NCBI GenBank assembly: GCA_000091205.1
Contig: AP006498.2
Direction: 5' to 3' (one strand)
From: Cyanidioschyzon merolae
Taxonomy: Eukaryota
DNA length: 64,000 nt
Both the position numbers and the translations under genes were made by a program. This document shows, in pieces, positions 54,578 to 64,000 of this stretch. Numbering within the stretch: position 1 is the stretch's first letter; each line of letters begins with the position of its first letter. The notes under the pieces were generated by a model, which saw only the letters and a list, made by a program, of their open reading frames with translations, did no database searches and was not told the origin of the DNA.

Positions 54578-56170
54578 CTACAGGCTTCCGAGTATGATTG
54601 AGCCCACAAGACAAAGAGCAAGCACACCGCCAATGTCTGTAAGCGTGCTGAGCAGTGGGCTCGCGCAGTGGCATGGATCCAATCCCATCTGAGCCAGGAT
54701 GAGCGGAGCAATTGTTCCGATTAGAACTGCAGTGAAAACGGTTATCCAAAGAGAGGTTGAGACAGTTACACAGGCCAAAAAGTCACCGCCCCCGATATAT
54801 ACACGCGTAAAGCCAACTGCTGAAAGGATCGTGGCTATAGCGCACCCGACGAGGAGTTCCCTCCGGATGACACGACCCGCATTTGCAGGGCTGATCTCTC
54901 CGGTGGCGAGCCCTCGTATCACCAGGGCACTGGATTGGTTACCGGCGTTACCACCGGCACCAACCATCATCGTTAGAAAGAGTGCGAGCACGACGTGACG
55001 TTCAATGAGGGCCGAATACTGGCCCAATACAATCGAGCTCAATGACTGGAGAAGCAGAAGAGCAACCAACCATGCAGATCGACCAATTACGAAGGATCGT
55101 GTGCTCGTCTGAAAGTACGACTCTATGTCATCTCTCTGTAAAGGTGATTCGACACCACCAAAGCGAAGGATGTCGTCAGTTGCTTCAAGTTCCATCTCCC
55201 GAATGATATCCGCTGCGGTAACGAGCCCTACGAGACGCATCTCACGATCCACAACAGGGGCAGTCAGTGCTCCAACGTTCCGCAGGCGCCGAACTGCTGC
55301 CTCAAACTCCTCGTCAACCGAAAGCACAACAGAGCATTGTCGCACAAACTGATCAATTTTCTGTTCATCATCCGCGGCAAGCAAGAGATCCTCCAAAGAG
55401 AGAAATCCCACAAGCCCCGACGTGCACGGGTCCAGTACGTAGAGTGCATCCAAAACAGGGGCACTCTGATTCCTTACCTGCATTGCGGCAGTTATCGGGA
55501 GCTGTAGGGAGCCTGGTGCTTGCGAGTTGCTGTCCCGGACGGTGCCATTCACTGTCGCAGGATCGGGTACTGGGGCGGTATCATGGACACGATGGAGCTG
55601 CCAGAGGAGGCCCTTGCACTCACGCACCGTGTAGCCCAGGGGAACCGTTACAGCCTCGCGTCGCGAGGTTGTATCGGTCCAGACCCCACCGGCCGGGACG
55701 CAACCGGGGCCCATGATAGTAGCGACACAGGCCTCGCGGTCTGCAACCCGGGCTTTGAGAAGCGAATCACCAGTTTCAGCGGTCGGAGACCTCGAGTCCT
55801 GCCAAAGTCCATCAGGAAGCGGCCTCAGAGTATCGTTCGAGTGCTCCGCGCGTGGCCCGGTGCTGGCTGTTGCACTCAGAACGCGGCGCCGGAGACGTAC
55901 CCTCGACCTCCCCATAGAGGCCGGTCGCGTGCCGGCTACACCACGAGCAGCGGTCGCGCCGTAGCTAAGGCCACCAGCCACGCGTGTCCGCCACGCGCAT
56001 GCGTTTCGGTGTGCAGTTCCCGAGTGAACCGCGACCTGGCCGGTCCACCGAACTGAGCTCGTCACAAAACTCAGAAAGGAGGCCCCGAAGCGCTCAGAGC
56101 TCGTCATAGCCGCATTCGACGTACTTCGGAGCCTCTTTGGCGTCCCTTGGGTACCTAAGACAACACTCAT
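54578..56170 (-). CDS. MgtE-type magnesium transporter (SLC41/MgtE family) with N-terminal low-complexity region and CBS pair
   Basis: CBS-like region: VRQCSVVLSVDEEFEAAVRRLRNVGALTAPVVDREMRLVGLVTAADIIREMELE. MgtE transmembrane signatures: MVGAGGNAGNQSSALVIRGLATGEI and LTDIGGVLALCLVGSIIL. ATG start. Confidence 0.75.
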   Translation of the reverse strand: MSVVLGTQGTPKRLRSTSNAAMTSSERFGASFLSFVTSSVRWTGQVAVHSGTAHRNACAWRTRVAGGLSYGATAARGVAGTRPASMGRSRVRLRRRVLSATASTGPRAEHSNDTLRPLPDGLWQDSRSPTAETGDSLLKARVADREACVATIMGPGCVPAGGVWTDTTSRREAVTVPLGYTVRECKGLLWQLHRVHDTAPVPDPATVNGTVRDSNSQAPGSLQLPITAAMQVRNQSAPVLDALYVLDPCTSGLVGFLSLEDLLLAADDEQKIDQFVRQCSVVLSVDEEFEAAVRRLRNVGALTAPVVDREMRLVGLVTAADIIREMELEATDDILRFGGVESPLQRDDIESYFQTSTRSFVIGRSAWLVALLLLQSLSSIVLGQYSALIERHVVLALFLTMMVGAGGNAGNQSSALVIRGLATGEISPANAGRVIRRELLVGCAIATILSAVGFTRVYIGGGDFLACVTVSTSLWITVFTAVLIGTIAPLILAQMGLDPCHCASPLLSTLTDIGGVLALCLVGSIILGSL

Positions 56171-56379
56171 TCAATAGGCTCCCGAGAGAAGCCTGGGGAG
56201 CTGCAAAAGATATCTGCAGTGGACCGTCGTGCGCTTCCAGGTTGCCCGACTTGGGCGAGTGCTCCACTGGAACGAACAGCAGCGAGAGCGCTCGATGACG
56301 CCCGGCGGCAGCGCAGCTGCAGATCGCACACTCGTCCATTTGCGGGTGTAGCTGCAATCGCTAAATTGTCAAGTGCAAG

Positions 56380-56990
56380 CGGCACCAGCAACTCGAGAAC
56401 GATGGGTTTCTCTCTCTACGGTAAGTGCTGAAAGGGGGAAGAGGTTTTCCGTATTTTCGAAACTTTATCCTATAGATGGAAAAGCAGCAACTCGAGAACG
56501 ATGGGTTTCCATCTCCACGGTAAGCGCTGAAAGGGGAAGAGGTATTCCGTATTTTCGAAACTCTACCCCATAGATGGAAAAGCAGCAACTCGAGAGCGTT
56601 TGCTTTCCCTCTCTACGGTAAGTGCTGAAAGGGGGAAGAGGTTTTCCGTATTTTCGAAACTTTATCCTATAGATGGAAAAGCAGCAACTCGAGAACGATG
56701 GGTTTCCATCTCCACGGTAAGCGCTGAAAGGGGGAAGAGGTATTCCGTATTTTCGAAACTCTACCCCATAGATGGAAAAGCAGCAACTCGAGAGCGTTTG
56801 CTTTCCCTCTCTACGGTAAGCGCTGAAAGGGGGAAGAGGTATTCCGTATTTTCGAAACTCTACCCCATAGATGGAAAACCAGCAACTCGAGAACGATGGG
56901 TTTCCATCTCCACGGTAAGCGCTGAAAGGGGGAAGAGGTTTTCCGTATTTTCGAAACTTTACCCTATAGATGGCAGATCTCGCGTGCTCG
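56380..56990. repeat. About 100-bp tandem repeat, about 6 copies
   Basis: The unit aactcgagaacgatgggtttccatctccacggtaagcgctgaaagggggaagaggtattccgtattttcgaaactctaccccatagatggaaaagcagc recurs near 56388, 56489, 56586, 56686, 56787 and 56885. It lies in the MgtE upstream region and generates long spurious ORFs on both strands. Confidence 0.9.
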
Positions 56991-58391
56991 ACGTGTCTAC
57001 CGGGCTTGTGCTCCGTGCGACTCTGCAGTGGCGGGTGCTCTTGCGCGACCTGAGTAGCATACCCGCTCCTAGGCCCAGAATAAAGTGCGTTGGGGACGAG
57101 TGGCTGTGCTGTTGCCACTGCACTCGCCAGGGCAGAGACGCGCGGACCTACAACACCGGAGCATTGTCGGCCTTGCGGGACCTTTCGTACAGAAGCTAGG
57201 TTTGCGACTGTAAGGAAACCTTCACCACTTTTCAGCTCTTACGGTGGAGTGGGAACGAAGTCATGCAAAGTAGTTTGTTCGTGTTTCATTTCTGTTCTAT
57301 TACCCTAATAGTTGATGTCCAGTGAAACGGAACGCATGCCCGGGTTGCGCTGCCGGCGCGGCAATTGTTGATACAATAACATCGATGAATCGAACCAGAA
57401 CGCTTGGGATGCGTACGTTCGTGCTGTACGCAATCAGGAAAGTGACCAGCATTCCCTAGAGACGTCCATGCGCCCCGGAAGCTGCAGCCCGTTTCCCAGC
57501 CTGCACCGGGAGTTTGACTGAGCGAACGACCCTGCAATTGCCGAGCCTACCGCAAGCGCTTGCTGTGGCGTTGCAGGCGCCCAACTAGTCGCCTTGTGGA
57601 GACAAAAAGCGTCTGCGTCGTATCCCAGCGGGAATCTCATCGAGGCTCAGGGCCATGCCCGCCTGGCACACGCCCCTTCGTTGTCCGTGCGAATTTCGGG
57701 CCGCATGGAGGTCGTGCTGCGGCGCGAACTCGCGGCATCGTCGTATCTGCTCGCTGAAGAGCGACCGCCTGCGGTCGCTGCTTCCTCCGCATACCGTGCA
57801 ACTGCATTCTTTCTGCCAACGGGGGTGACGTGCGCCAGTTCGGCATCGCCCGCGTGCTGCAAATTTGAAACCGTCACCGGCAAAGGATTTCTGTCCGCCT
57901 AAGTAGCTTCTCTAGGCACAGGCGTCTCCATCGGGAGCTGGGTACACGTGCTGGGTTCCGGATGAGGGTGCATACCCAGTCTCGCCACAATGCCCGCTCG
58001 CTGGACGTATCCGCGTGACGCTGTGTGCCTCGTTTGCCTCCAGGCCGGGTTTCTGGTAGTTGAGGACACCGCGCAGCCTGCTCATATGCAAGCCAGCCGA
58101 TCCTGCGTGCATTTTCGTGATCGAGTGCTCGCGTGCGTGCTATCAGTAGCCCGTCTGCGTGCCATCCGATTCCACGAGGAATCTTCAGAACAAATGCGCG
58201 CACCTACAGCATCAGTGGCAACGAGTAAGCACGAGTACCGCAGACCTCGAGTGCAGACTGCTGTATGCCTTGCATGCAGCGCGTCGCGCTGTCGACGCTG
58301 CGGCAGGGCGCCTTGTGCGCAAATCGGCTGCGACGTCTGTACTCGCGTCGAGACGCCTTTCCAGTAGGCAGCGTTCGGGAAAACTGCAGCC

Positions 58392-60353
58392 TTGCCAATA
58401 GAACTGAACGTTGTTGCACGGAATAGGAGCTGTGGAACATGCATGTCCAGGGAAAACGGGAACAACGGCCAGAATGGGAATACGACGGACGAAGAGGCTT
58501 TCCTTGTCGACGAGAGAACAATGACGGTAGATGGGCTTCCCCTGCACATCTGGTGTCGCACGCCCGGGAACCTAGCAAAAGTACGGGCCCTGGTGGAGCG
58601 AGGCGCAGACGTCAACGCGGTTGACGAACACGATGCGACACCGGTCTACTACTGCGCCTTGACGGGGAACGCTCCAGTGCTCCGTTTCCTGCTAGAAGCG
58701 GGAGCCGTGCTCGACCCGAAAACGTTTGTTGGCGAGCGTGTTCTATACGCCGCTCTAACTCCAGAAATTAAACGCTTGCTGCTTCAGTATCGGGAGCAAA
58801 CGCTCCCTAGCTATACGGATGCACTGACGGAGCACCTGCGCGCTGTCCTGGAGGGTAACGAGAACGTCGGCGGACACGTCGATGATGATGCCGACGTCGG
58901 CTTCAGACTTGAGGGGAATCGCTGCATCTGGGCCCATCGGGTGGTGCTCGCTGCCCGCAGCCCGGTTTTCGAGAAAATCCTCGAGAAACGAACATCACCG
59001 GGCAAAGTCCTGCGGCTGAAACACGTCTCCACGGATGCATTCGAGGCGTTTCTGCGCTACCTGTACACCTCAACCGTTTCCGTGCGGGTACGGCATGCGG
59101 AAGAATTCATGACCATAGCGCAGCGGTTCCATCTCGATGAGCTCGCCCAGGAAGTCGATAGGCAAAGGCAATGGCTCTTGCGAAAGCGCGAGCACAAATA
59201 CGAAGTTGTAACGCATCAGCGCCTCGAAGATCTACACATCAATCTTTTCGGCGCGTCGCGAGTCCACCGTCTGGAACAGGACTTGGAGCACCTTCTGTCG
59301 CGTACCGATAACATGCCGTTCGTGGACGTGTACGTACAGGTAACGTGCCCAGGCCCCACATACGAGGAATGTTCGTTGTTGGTGTACCCCGCGCACTGGC
59401 TTTTTCTTCGTCGTGCGGAGTACTTTCGGGCCTTGCGCGACTTTTATCGCGATCGTTCCAGTGCCTGTGCAATCGTGCGCATCCCGTCGAATATCTCTCC
59501 TTTTGCTTTCGAATGCGTGTTGCATCACATGTACCATTCGAGCCTTCCCCGGAACTGGCGCGAAAAGGCACTTGATTGTGCGCGCCTCCGACGCGAGCCG
59601 TGCAATCATCACGCAGTGGACGTCGACATGAACGAGTTTCTGGTGGAGATCATTGCCGCCGCCGACCTTCTGGGCTATCCGCATGTGAAGCAGTCAGCCG
59701 CCTCAGCGATGGAAATCAATCGCATCAATGTCTTCGGTCTCATCTACGCGGCGGCATGTTATCAGTCGCGGGCGTTGCGAGCAGCTTGTGTGCGAATCCT
59801 TGCGGAGATGCTGTTGGATGCGGTGCAGCCTCTGCTTGTGCCGAGCGTCACGGCGATTTCTTGTTCGGCAACCCGAGTTCCAGAGCCCGGCAGTATTGCA
59901 GAGGCCTTGGTGCCGCACGTGGATTCGCAGTTGAGGCTTCCGCCCGCCGATTCTCGCACACGAGACTCGTCGATTGCCACCTCACAGGAATCGAACCACG
60001 CTAGCCAATGCTCGTCGATTGCTGCAGTGTCCGCAACGGACACTTGCACAATGCCGTCGTGGCAGGTTCTGAACCAGTGTCCGACGCATGTCGTTCAGGT
60101 CGACCGGCACGCAACCGTTTTCCAGCGTGCGCGCGATTTCATCGCCCTCAGACAAGTGCTCAGTGCGGTTGAATTCTCGGAAATCATGGAGGATGTTCGC
60201 GAGGAAGCCCTGCGTCTGGGCCTCGTGCATAAATTTAGTTCGGCAGTCAGGGACGCACTCGGCGAGACGCTGGATTGTATCGTTTTCGAAATCACGGACG
60301 GGCTGGTGTTGGCCGAGGGCAGCGCAGAGCGCACCACGAGACACCATGCGTAG
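58392..60353 (+). CDS. Ankyrin-repeat and tandem BTB/POZ domain protein (ABTB1/BPOZ-like)
   Basis: Ankyrin repeats: LPLHIWCRTPGNLAKVRALVERGADVNAVDEHDATPVYYCALTGNAPVLRFLLEAGA. First BTB domain: DVGFRLEGNRCIWAHRVVLAARSPVFEKILEK...AFEAFLRYLYT. A second BTB-like block: VVQVDRHATVFQRARDFIALRQVLSAV. The ORF track start is TTG; the first ATG is at about 58443. Confidence 0.7.
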   Translation: MPIELNVVARNRSCGTCMSRENGNNGQNGNTTDEEAFLVDERTMTVDGLPLHIWCRTPGNLAKVRALVERGADVNAVDEHDATPVYYCALTGNAPVLRFLLEAGAVLDPKTFVGERVLYAALTPEIKRLLLQYREQTLPSYTDALTEHLRAVLEGNENVGGHVDDDADVGFRLEGNRCIWAHRVVLAARSPVFEKILEKRTSPGKVLRLKHVSTDAFEAFLRYLYTSTVSVRVRHAEEFMTIAQRFHLDELAQEVDRQRQWLLRKREHKYEVVTHQRLEDLHINLFGASRVHRLEQDLEHLLSRTDNMPFVDVYVQVTCPGPTYEECSLLVYPAHWLFLRRAEYFRALRDFYRDRSSACAIVRIPSNISPFAFECVLHHMYHSSLPRNWREKALDCARLRREPCNHHAVDVDMNEFLVEIIAAADLLGYPHVKQSAASAMEINRINVFGLIYAAACYQSRALRAACVRILAEMLLDAVQPLLVPSVTAISCSATRVPEPGSIAEALVPHVDSQLRLPPADSRTRDSSIATSQESNHASQCSSIAAVSATDTCTMPSWQVLNQCPTHVVQVDRHATVFQRARDFIALRQVLSAVEFSEIMEDVREEALRLGLVHKFSSAVRDALGETLDCIVFEITDGLVLAEGSAERTTRHHA

Positions 60354-60393
60354 CACATGCACTGGACTAGCGTGCAGAACGCCGTTTCCAACT

Positions 60394-61212
60394 TTACATA
60401 TCGCGAAACTCTATTCGACGCGATTTTAGAAGCGCCCACTTGAATCGTTTCATGTAAAGCATCAGACCTGCCAGAATGCCCAGAGAAACCATGGTTTCAA
60501 CACCCATGAGCTTGCGCTGATCGTGCTCCGGCTCTGCTGCCCAGCTCAGAAACGTAGCCACATCTTTCGCCATCTGACTTGTTGTGGCCGGAGTTCCGTC
60601 GTCGTACTCGACACCGTCATCGTAGAGCGCTCGGGCCATTGCAATCTGCTGGCCAGGGAAGTATGGATTGTAGTAGAGGCCTTCGCGAACGTGCACACCG
60701 GCCGGTGGATCACGGTAACCAGTCAGGAGTGCGAAGATGTAGTCGGCACCACCATGACGTGCCTTGGTGATCAAAGATAGGTCCGGCGGAAGCGCTCCGT
60801 TGTTGGCGTAGCGCGCGGCCTCTGCATTTGGATATGGCGCTGGGAAATAGTCCGAGAGTCGGCCAGGACGAGTAAACATCTCGCCTTCGTCGTTAGGCCC
60901 ATCCTCAACCTCAACCTCCTCCGCTAGCTGTTTCGCCTCCTCCTCAGTGAAGGCAACACCCACCAGGTTGCGAAAAGCGACTCGGTTCATCGAGTGGCAC
61001 GAAGAGCAAACATTCTTGTAAACTTGGTAGCCACGACGTATGGAAGCTGCGTCAAACGCTGACAAGGGACCGCGGTGAGACCAGGGGTATTTTGGTGGTG
61101 GCAAGTGGTCCTCTTCGGCGAGCGCGGGCTGTGCGCTCATCAGAAGATACCCGGCACCCGAGACGCCCGCCGCGAAAGCCGCGCCGTTCAGCAGTCGCGT
61201 TAGGACCTGCAT
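60394..61212 (-). CDS. CYC1: Cytochrome c1, heme protein (mitochondrial complex III subunit)
   Basis: Heme-binding CSSCH motif, [53 protein letters not shown] and a C-terminal transmembrane anchor are present. The ORF track extends to 61314; the likely ATG is at about 61212 (MQVLTRLL...). Confidence 0.9.
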   Translation of the reverse strand: MQVLTRLLNGAAFAAGVSGAGYLLMSAQPALAEEDHLPPPKYPWSHRGPLSAFDAASIRRGYQVYKNVCSSCHSMNRVAFRNLVGVAFTEEEAKQLAEEVEVEDGPNDEGEMFTRPGRLSDYFPAPYPNAEAARYANNGALPPDLSLITKARHGGADYIFALLTGYRDPPAGVHVREGLYYNPYFPGQQIAMARALYDDGVEYDDGTPATTSQMAKDVATFLSWAAEPEHDQRKLMGVETMVSLGILAGLMLYMKRFKWALLKSRRIEFRDM

Positions 61213-61793
61213 TCCTTTGACGCGATTCTTCTCGATATAATTGAAGCGTTGTCCAGTAACCTGAAAGATCGGGCGCTGCCAGAAAACTCGTCCGCAACAA
61301 GGCACGAAATGCACGCCCTGTCGAAGCGCAACAGCACACCGGTACAGTGTTAGCGGCCTTTCACCGCAGAAACTCGCACTGATGGTGCTTTACGGAAGCT
61401 TCTCTTCGTCGCGCCTTGAGCTCTGTTCCCGGTCGAAGCGAGGCTCCCCGGGTCTGCAAAGCTCTAATAAAGCCACGTGGGCAAAGAGTCGTGCACTGCA
61501 GCAGCTGCAGCACGAACCAGATATGCTGCACCCGTTCAGAGCAAGTGCAGTGCCTCGTCTCTACTGCCGATAACGGATCCGGAGACCGACGACGGTAGAG
61601 AAACCAAACGCCTTCACAGAGTCGAACGATGCCGACTGTGTACAGTAGTGGCGGTGAACGCGCCCTAGACTTAAAGTCGCCAATTGACGTGCAGACGCCT
61701 CCCAGCCTTTCTCGACCGGCCACCTACTACTGCTTCCAACTTCTTCTCATATAGTTCGACTTTGAGAGGTTGTCCAACAAAGTTCTCTCTTGT

Positions 61794-63419
61794 CTATTCT
61801 GGAGATCTGTTCTCCAGCACCGCACATCTCCGTATATTGCTAGGGGCATGAAAGTCACGATTCACAAACTCCATACGGTTCTTGCCATCATTGGTTGTAC
61901 TTACTAACGCAGGCAATCCTCGAACGTTCGCCCTCCTTTCCATTTGCTCCTCTGTTAGCGGTCCGTACTTTGCGATTTCCTCAGGGCACCGCTGGCACTT
62001 TTCCATCTCGACCGTCTGAAGTGTACAACCCAGCTCGTGGTGTGTATAGGACGTTCGGAACTCATCTACAGATATCGTGACGAGACGCCTTCCACACTCC
62101 TTGTACGTTCGTGTTGTTGGAGCTGGTATGCACCCCTTTTGGGTCTTCCATCGCCCTGCTCCATACGCTACGACGAGCCTTTGAGTCTGGTCCCCGTTGA
62201 GCGCACGCAACTGATTGAAAAAGTTGGCAAACGCCCGCTGCCTCCCACAGTGTAGATTCATACGCAGACGGGCCCACCGAGGCTTTGTATATTCCTTCCA
62301 CAGCGCATCCCAATGGGCAACACGAACTTCCATGAATTTCCGAAAAGCTCGAAAGTCCGCTCCTCGGCTCGTCACCTCGCTCATAGCTTCCAGGTGCTCT
62401 TTCATTCCTGAATTCCACGTTTCGATTTTCTTCGTCGCATTTATGACACCGGATTCTCGATAGAATCTCGCTCTCGAGAACGTCAACAGACGGATGTCTT
62501 TCTGACGTAAGTTGCCGTAAGTACCATCTTCCGCCCGCTTCGGTGCTGCGATGGTTATGGTATTTGTGCTTCCGGGGTCCGTGCCAACGACAAAGTCGAT
62601 ATCCTGCACTTTCTGCTTCTCAGAACCCGCCTTCTTGTTCTCTTCATTCTTTACCGCGCCAACGACAAGGTCGTTATGCTCCACCTCCTGCATCGCAGGA
62701 TCCGCCGCCTTCTTATCTTCATCCTTCGTCACGTCAACGACAAGGTCGTTATGCTCCACCTCCTGCATCGCAGGATCCGCCTTCTTCTCATTTTCATCCT
62801 TCGTTACGCCAACGACAAGGTCGTTATGCTCCACCTCCTGCATCGCAGGATCCGCCGCCTTCTTATCTTCATCCTTCGTTACGCCAACGACAAGGTCGTT
62901 ATGCTCCACCTCCTGCATCGCAGGATCCGCCGTCTTCTTATCTTCATCCTTCGTCACGTCAACGACAAGGTCGTTATCCTCCACCTCCTGAATCGCACGT
63001 TCCTCCTCTTTGTTTTCTTCATCCCTCGTCACGGGCGAAGTCAAAGGCGGAACTGGCCGATCTGTCTTCAACCGCCGATCGTGTACACAAAAGGCTACCC
63101 CATCGGTTTCGATCTTCCCAGTGAATACATTTTGCTTGCTCACTTTGGGACGCTTGGAATCGGAGATACGCTTCCAGTGGGTCTCCCGGTTTTCGCCGGT
63201 GAAATCCTTCCTGCTAACACTGAACTTCGGTCCGATCTCCCTCATGATGCCGTAAAGGACGCCGGAGTCGATACTCACGAAGTATGACTTGATATTGGAC
63301 AATGGAACCACGCCGGAGCGCTTCCCCACTAGGACAGCCTTCCGTCTCTCCCACTCTTCATTTGTCTCTTCACTCAGCTTCATCTCCGCCTTGCGTTCGA
63401 GCTCTCGGTCCAGAAACAC
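61794..63419 (-). CDS. TnpB/Fanzor-like RuvC-fold nuclease homolog, copy C (541 aa; repeat-expanded)
   Basis: Same motifs as copy B ([13 protein letters not shown]; [13 protein letters not shown]). It differs by five 25-aa [25 protein letters not shown] repeats and a few substitutions, including Cys-to-Phe in the zinc-finger region (MEC to MEF). Confidence 0.75.
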   Translation of the reverse strand: MFLDRELERKAEMKLSEETNEEWERRKAVLVGKRSGVVPLSNIKSYFVSIDSGVLYGIMREIGPKFSVSRKDFTGENRETHWKRISDSKRPKVSKQNVFTGKIETDGVAFCVHDRRLKTDRPVPPLTSPVTRDEENKEEERAIQEVEDNDLVVDVTKDEDKKTADPAMQEVEHNDLVVGVTKDEDKKAADPAMQEVEHNDLVVGVTKDENEKKADPAMQEVEHNDLVVDVTKDEDKKAADPAMQEVEHNDLVVGAVKNEENKKAGSEKQKVQDIDFVVGTDPGSTNTITIAAPKRAEDGTYGNLRQKDIRLLTFSRARFYRESGVINATKKIETWNSGMKEHLEAMSEVTSRGADFRAFRKFMEVRVAHWDALWKEYTKPRWARLRMNLHCGRQRAFANFFNQLRALNGDQTQRLVVAYGAGRWKTQKGCIPAPTTRTYKECGRRLVTISVDEFRTSYTHHELGCTLQTVEMEKCQRCPEEIAKYGPLTEEQMERRANVRGLPALVSTTNDGKNRMEFVNRDFHAPSNIRRCAVLENRSPE

Positions 63420-63453
63420 AAAGTACCGTAGGACGAGGCGATAGTATCGTTCC

Positions 63454-63996
63454 TTATCTTTTTTTCAACTCTGATATCTTTTCTGTTTGATTCGCCAACC
63501 CCAGTACCGCACGGTACTCTTGTACAGCCGCACGGATCACAGAAGCTTCATTCGCGCTCTCGTTTGACGCCTTCTTCTCGACAAATTCGGCCTCATCTTC
63601 ATGCTGTCGATCTTTCGTGATGCCATTGATAGTCGCCCATTTTCCTTTGCGAGAGATGCCCGGGCGGAGTGCAACCGCGGCGCGGATCACGAAACGTTCG
63701 AGGTTCGTTGTCAAACGGCTCGTCAGGTTCGTGAGGTACTTCATCGCCCCATAGTCGTAAATATCCGCGCCACCCCTGTATCGGGTACCCTCGAAGCGGA
63801 ATGCCGCGAAGTTTTCGTGGAGGGCATGCACTAGCACATTTTCCCTCCACGTTCCTGCTGTACAAAGCATCAGGTAGAGAAAAATCGTCTTGTCGAAAAC
63901 CTCGTCCGGAATCTCGACCGATTCCATGTGCGTCACGTCGAGATACATCTCCCTCGCCAGATGCATCAGTCCTGACGATGCCTTTATAATACTCAT
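63454..63996 (-). CDS. ORF-A of copy C (partial; truncated by window end)
   Basis: 180 aa, about 97% identical to copy B ORF-A. The same A7 run lies at the junction with the nuclease frame. Confidence 0.55.
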   Translation of the reverse strand: MSIIKASSGLMHLAREMYLDVTHMESVEIPDEVFDKTIFLYLMLCTAGTWRENVLVHALHENFAAFRFEGTRYRGGADIYDYGAMKYLTNLTSRLTTNLERFVIRAAVALRPGISRKGKWATINGITKDRQHEDEAEFVEKKASNESANEASVIRAAVQEYRAVLGLANQTEKISELKKR

Positions 63997-64000
63997 GGAG

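Larger units (their letters stand above)
61632..64000 (-). mobile_element. Fanzor/TnpB-like element, copy C (runs off window end)
   Basis: About 99% nucleotide identity to copy B from about 61686 onward. 61642-61685 is the hypervariable terminal segment. The coding tandem repeat is expanded to 5 units. Confidence 0.8.

Noticed and set aside
62543-63124. 193-aa plus-strand proline-rich repeat ORF ([16 protein letters not shown])n; a similar ORF lies at 49623-49979.
   Set aside because: It is the antisense translation of the 75-bp coding tandem repeat inside the Fanzor-like nuclease gene.

Overview
This is a GC-rich, intron-poor eukaryotic nuclear segment, possibly from an oomycete or other stramenopile-like protist; the lineage cannot be determined from sequence alone. 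It is not prokaryotic. Fourteen single-exon housekeeping-type genes (17 CDS in all) are called from motifs visible in the ORF translations: FBPase, a MAP65/PRC1-like protein, COQ9, ADA2, a GATA zinc-finger protein, a HAD hydrolase, a RanBPM-like SPRY/LisH/CTLH protein, LSm6, SUV3 helicase, tafazzin, an FKBP-TPR protein, cytosolic HSP70, an MgtE-type Mg transporter, an ankyrin-BTB protein and cytochrome c1. The main finding is a roughly 3.2 kb repeated element in three copies, all on the minus strand. Copy B (about 48712-51880) and copy C (61632 to the window end) are about 99% identical; copy A (about 9500-12140) is older and truncated. Each copy encodes a TnpB/Fanzor-like RuvC nuclease homolog with a GTDPG RuvC-I motif, a zinc finger, and a [10 protein letters not shown] RuvC-III motif. 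Upstream of the nuclease ORF lie two further ORFs in different frames. The breaks between them coincide with poly-A runs (A7 between ORF-A and the nuclease ORF; A9 upstream of ORF-A). The nuclease ORF carries a 75-bp coding tandem repeat that has expanded from 1 to 2 to 5 units across copies A, B and C. The canonical RuvC-II glutamate is absent. The 3' terminus has a conserved hairpin followed by a roughly 45-bp segment that is hypervariable between the otherwise identical copies B and C. Copies A and B show a striking mosaic: a roughly 0.8 kb 5' module is about 98% identical while the coding body is only about 75-80% identical. Copies B and C sit directly upstream of HSP70 and cytochrome c1, and copy A abuts the COQ9 start codon. 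A second, degenerate TnpB-like relic family (two fragments at about 30.5 kb and 34.7 kb), an unrelated repeat family that shares an inverted 230-bp module with the Fanzor-like element, and several satellite and minisatellite arrays are also present. No rRNA, tRNA or CRISPR could be supported. All coordinates are approximate to within a few nucleotides, because motif positions were read by eye from the ORF track.
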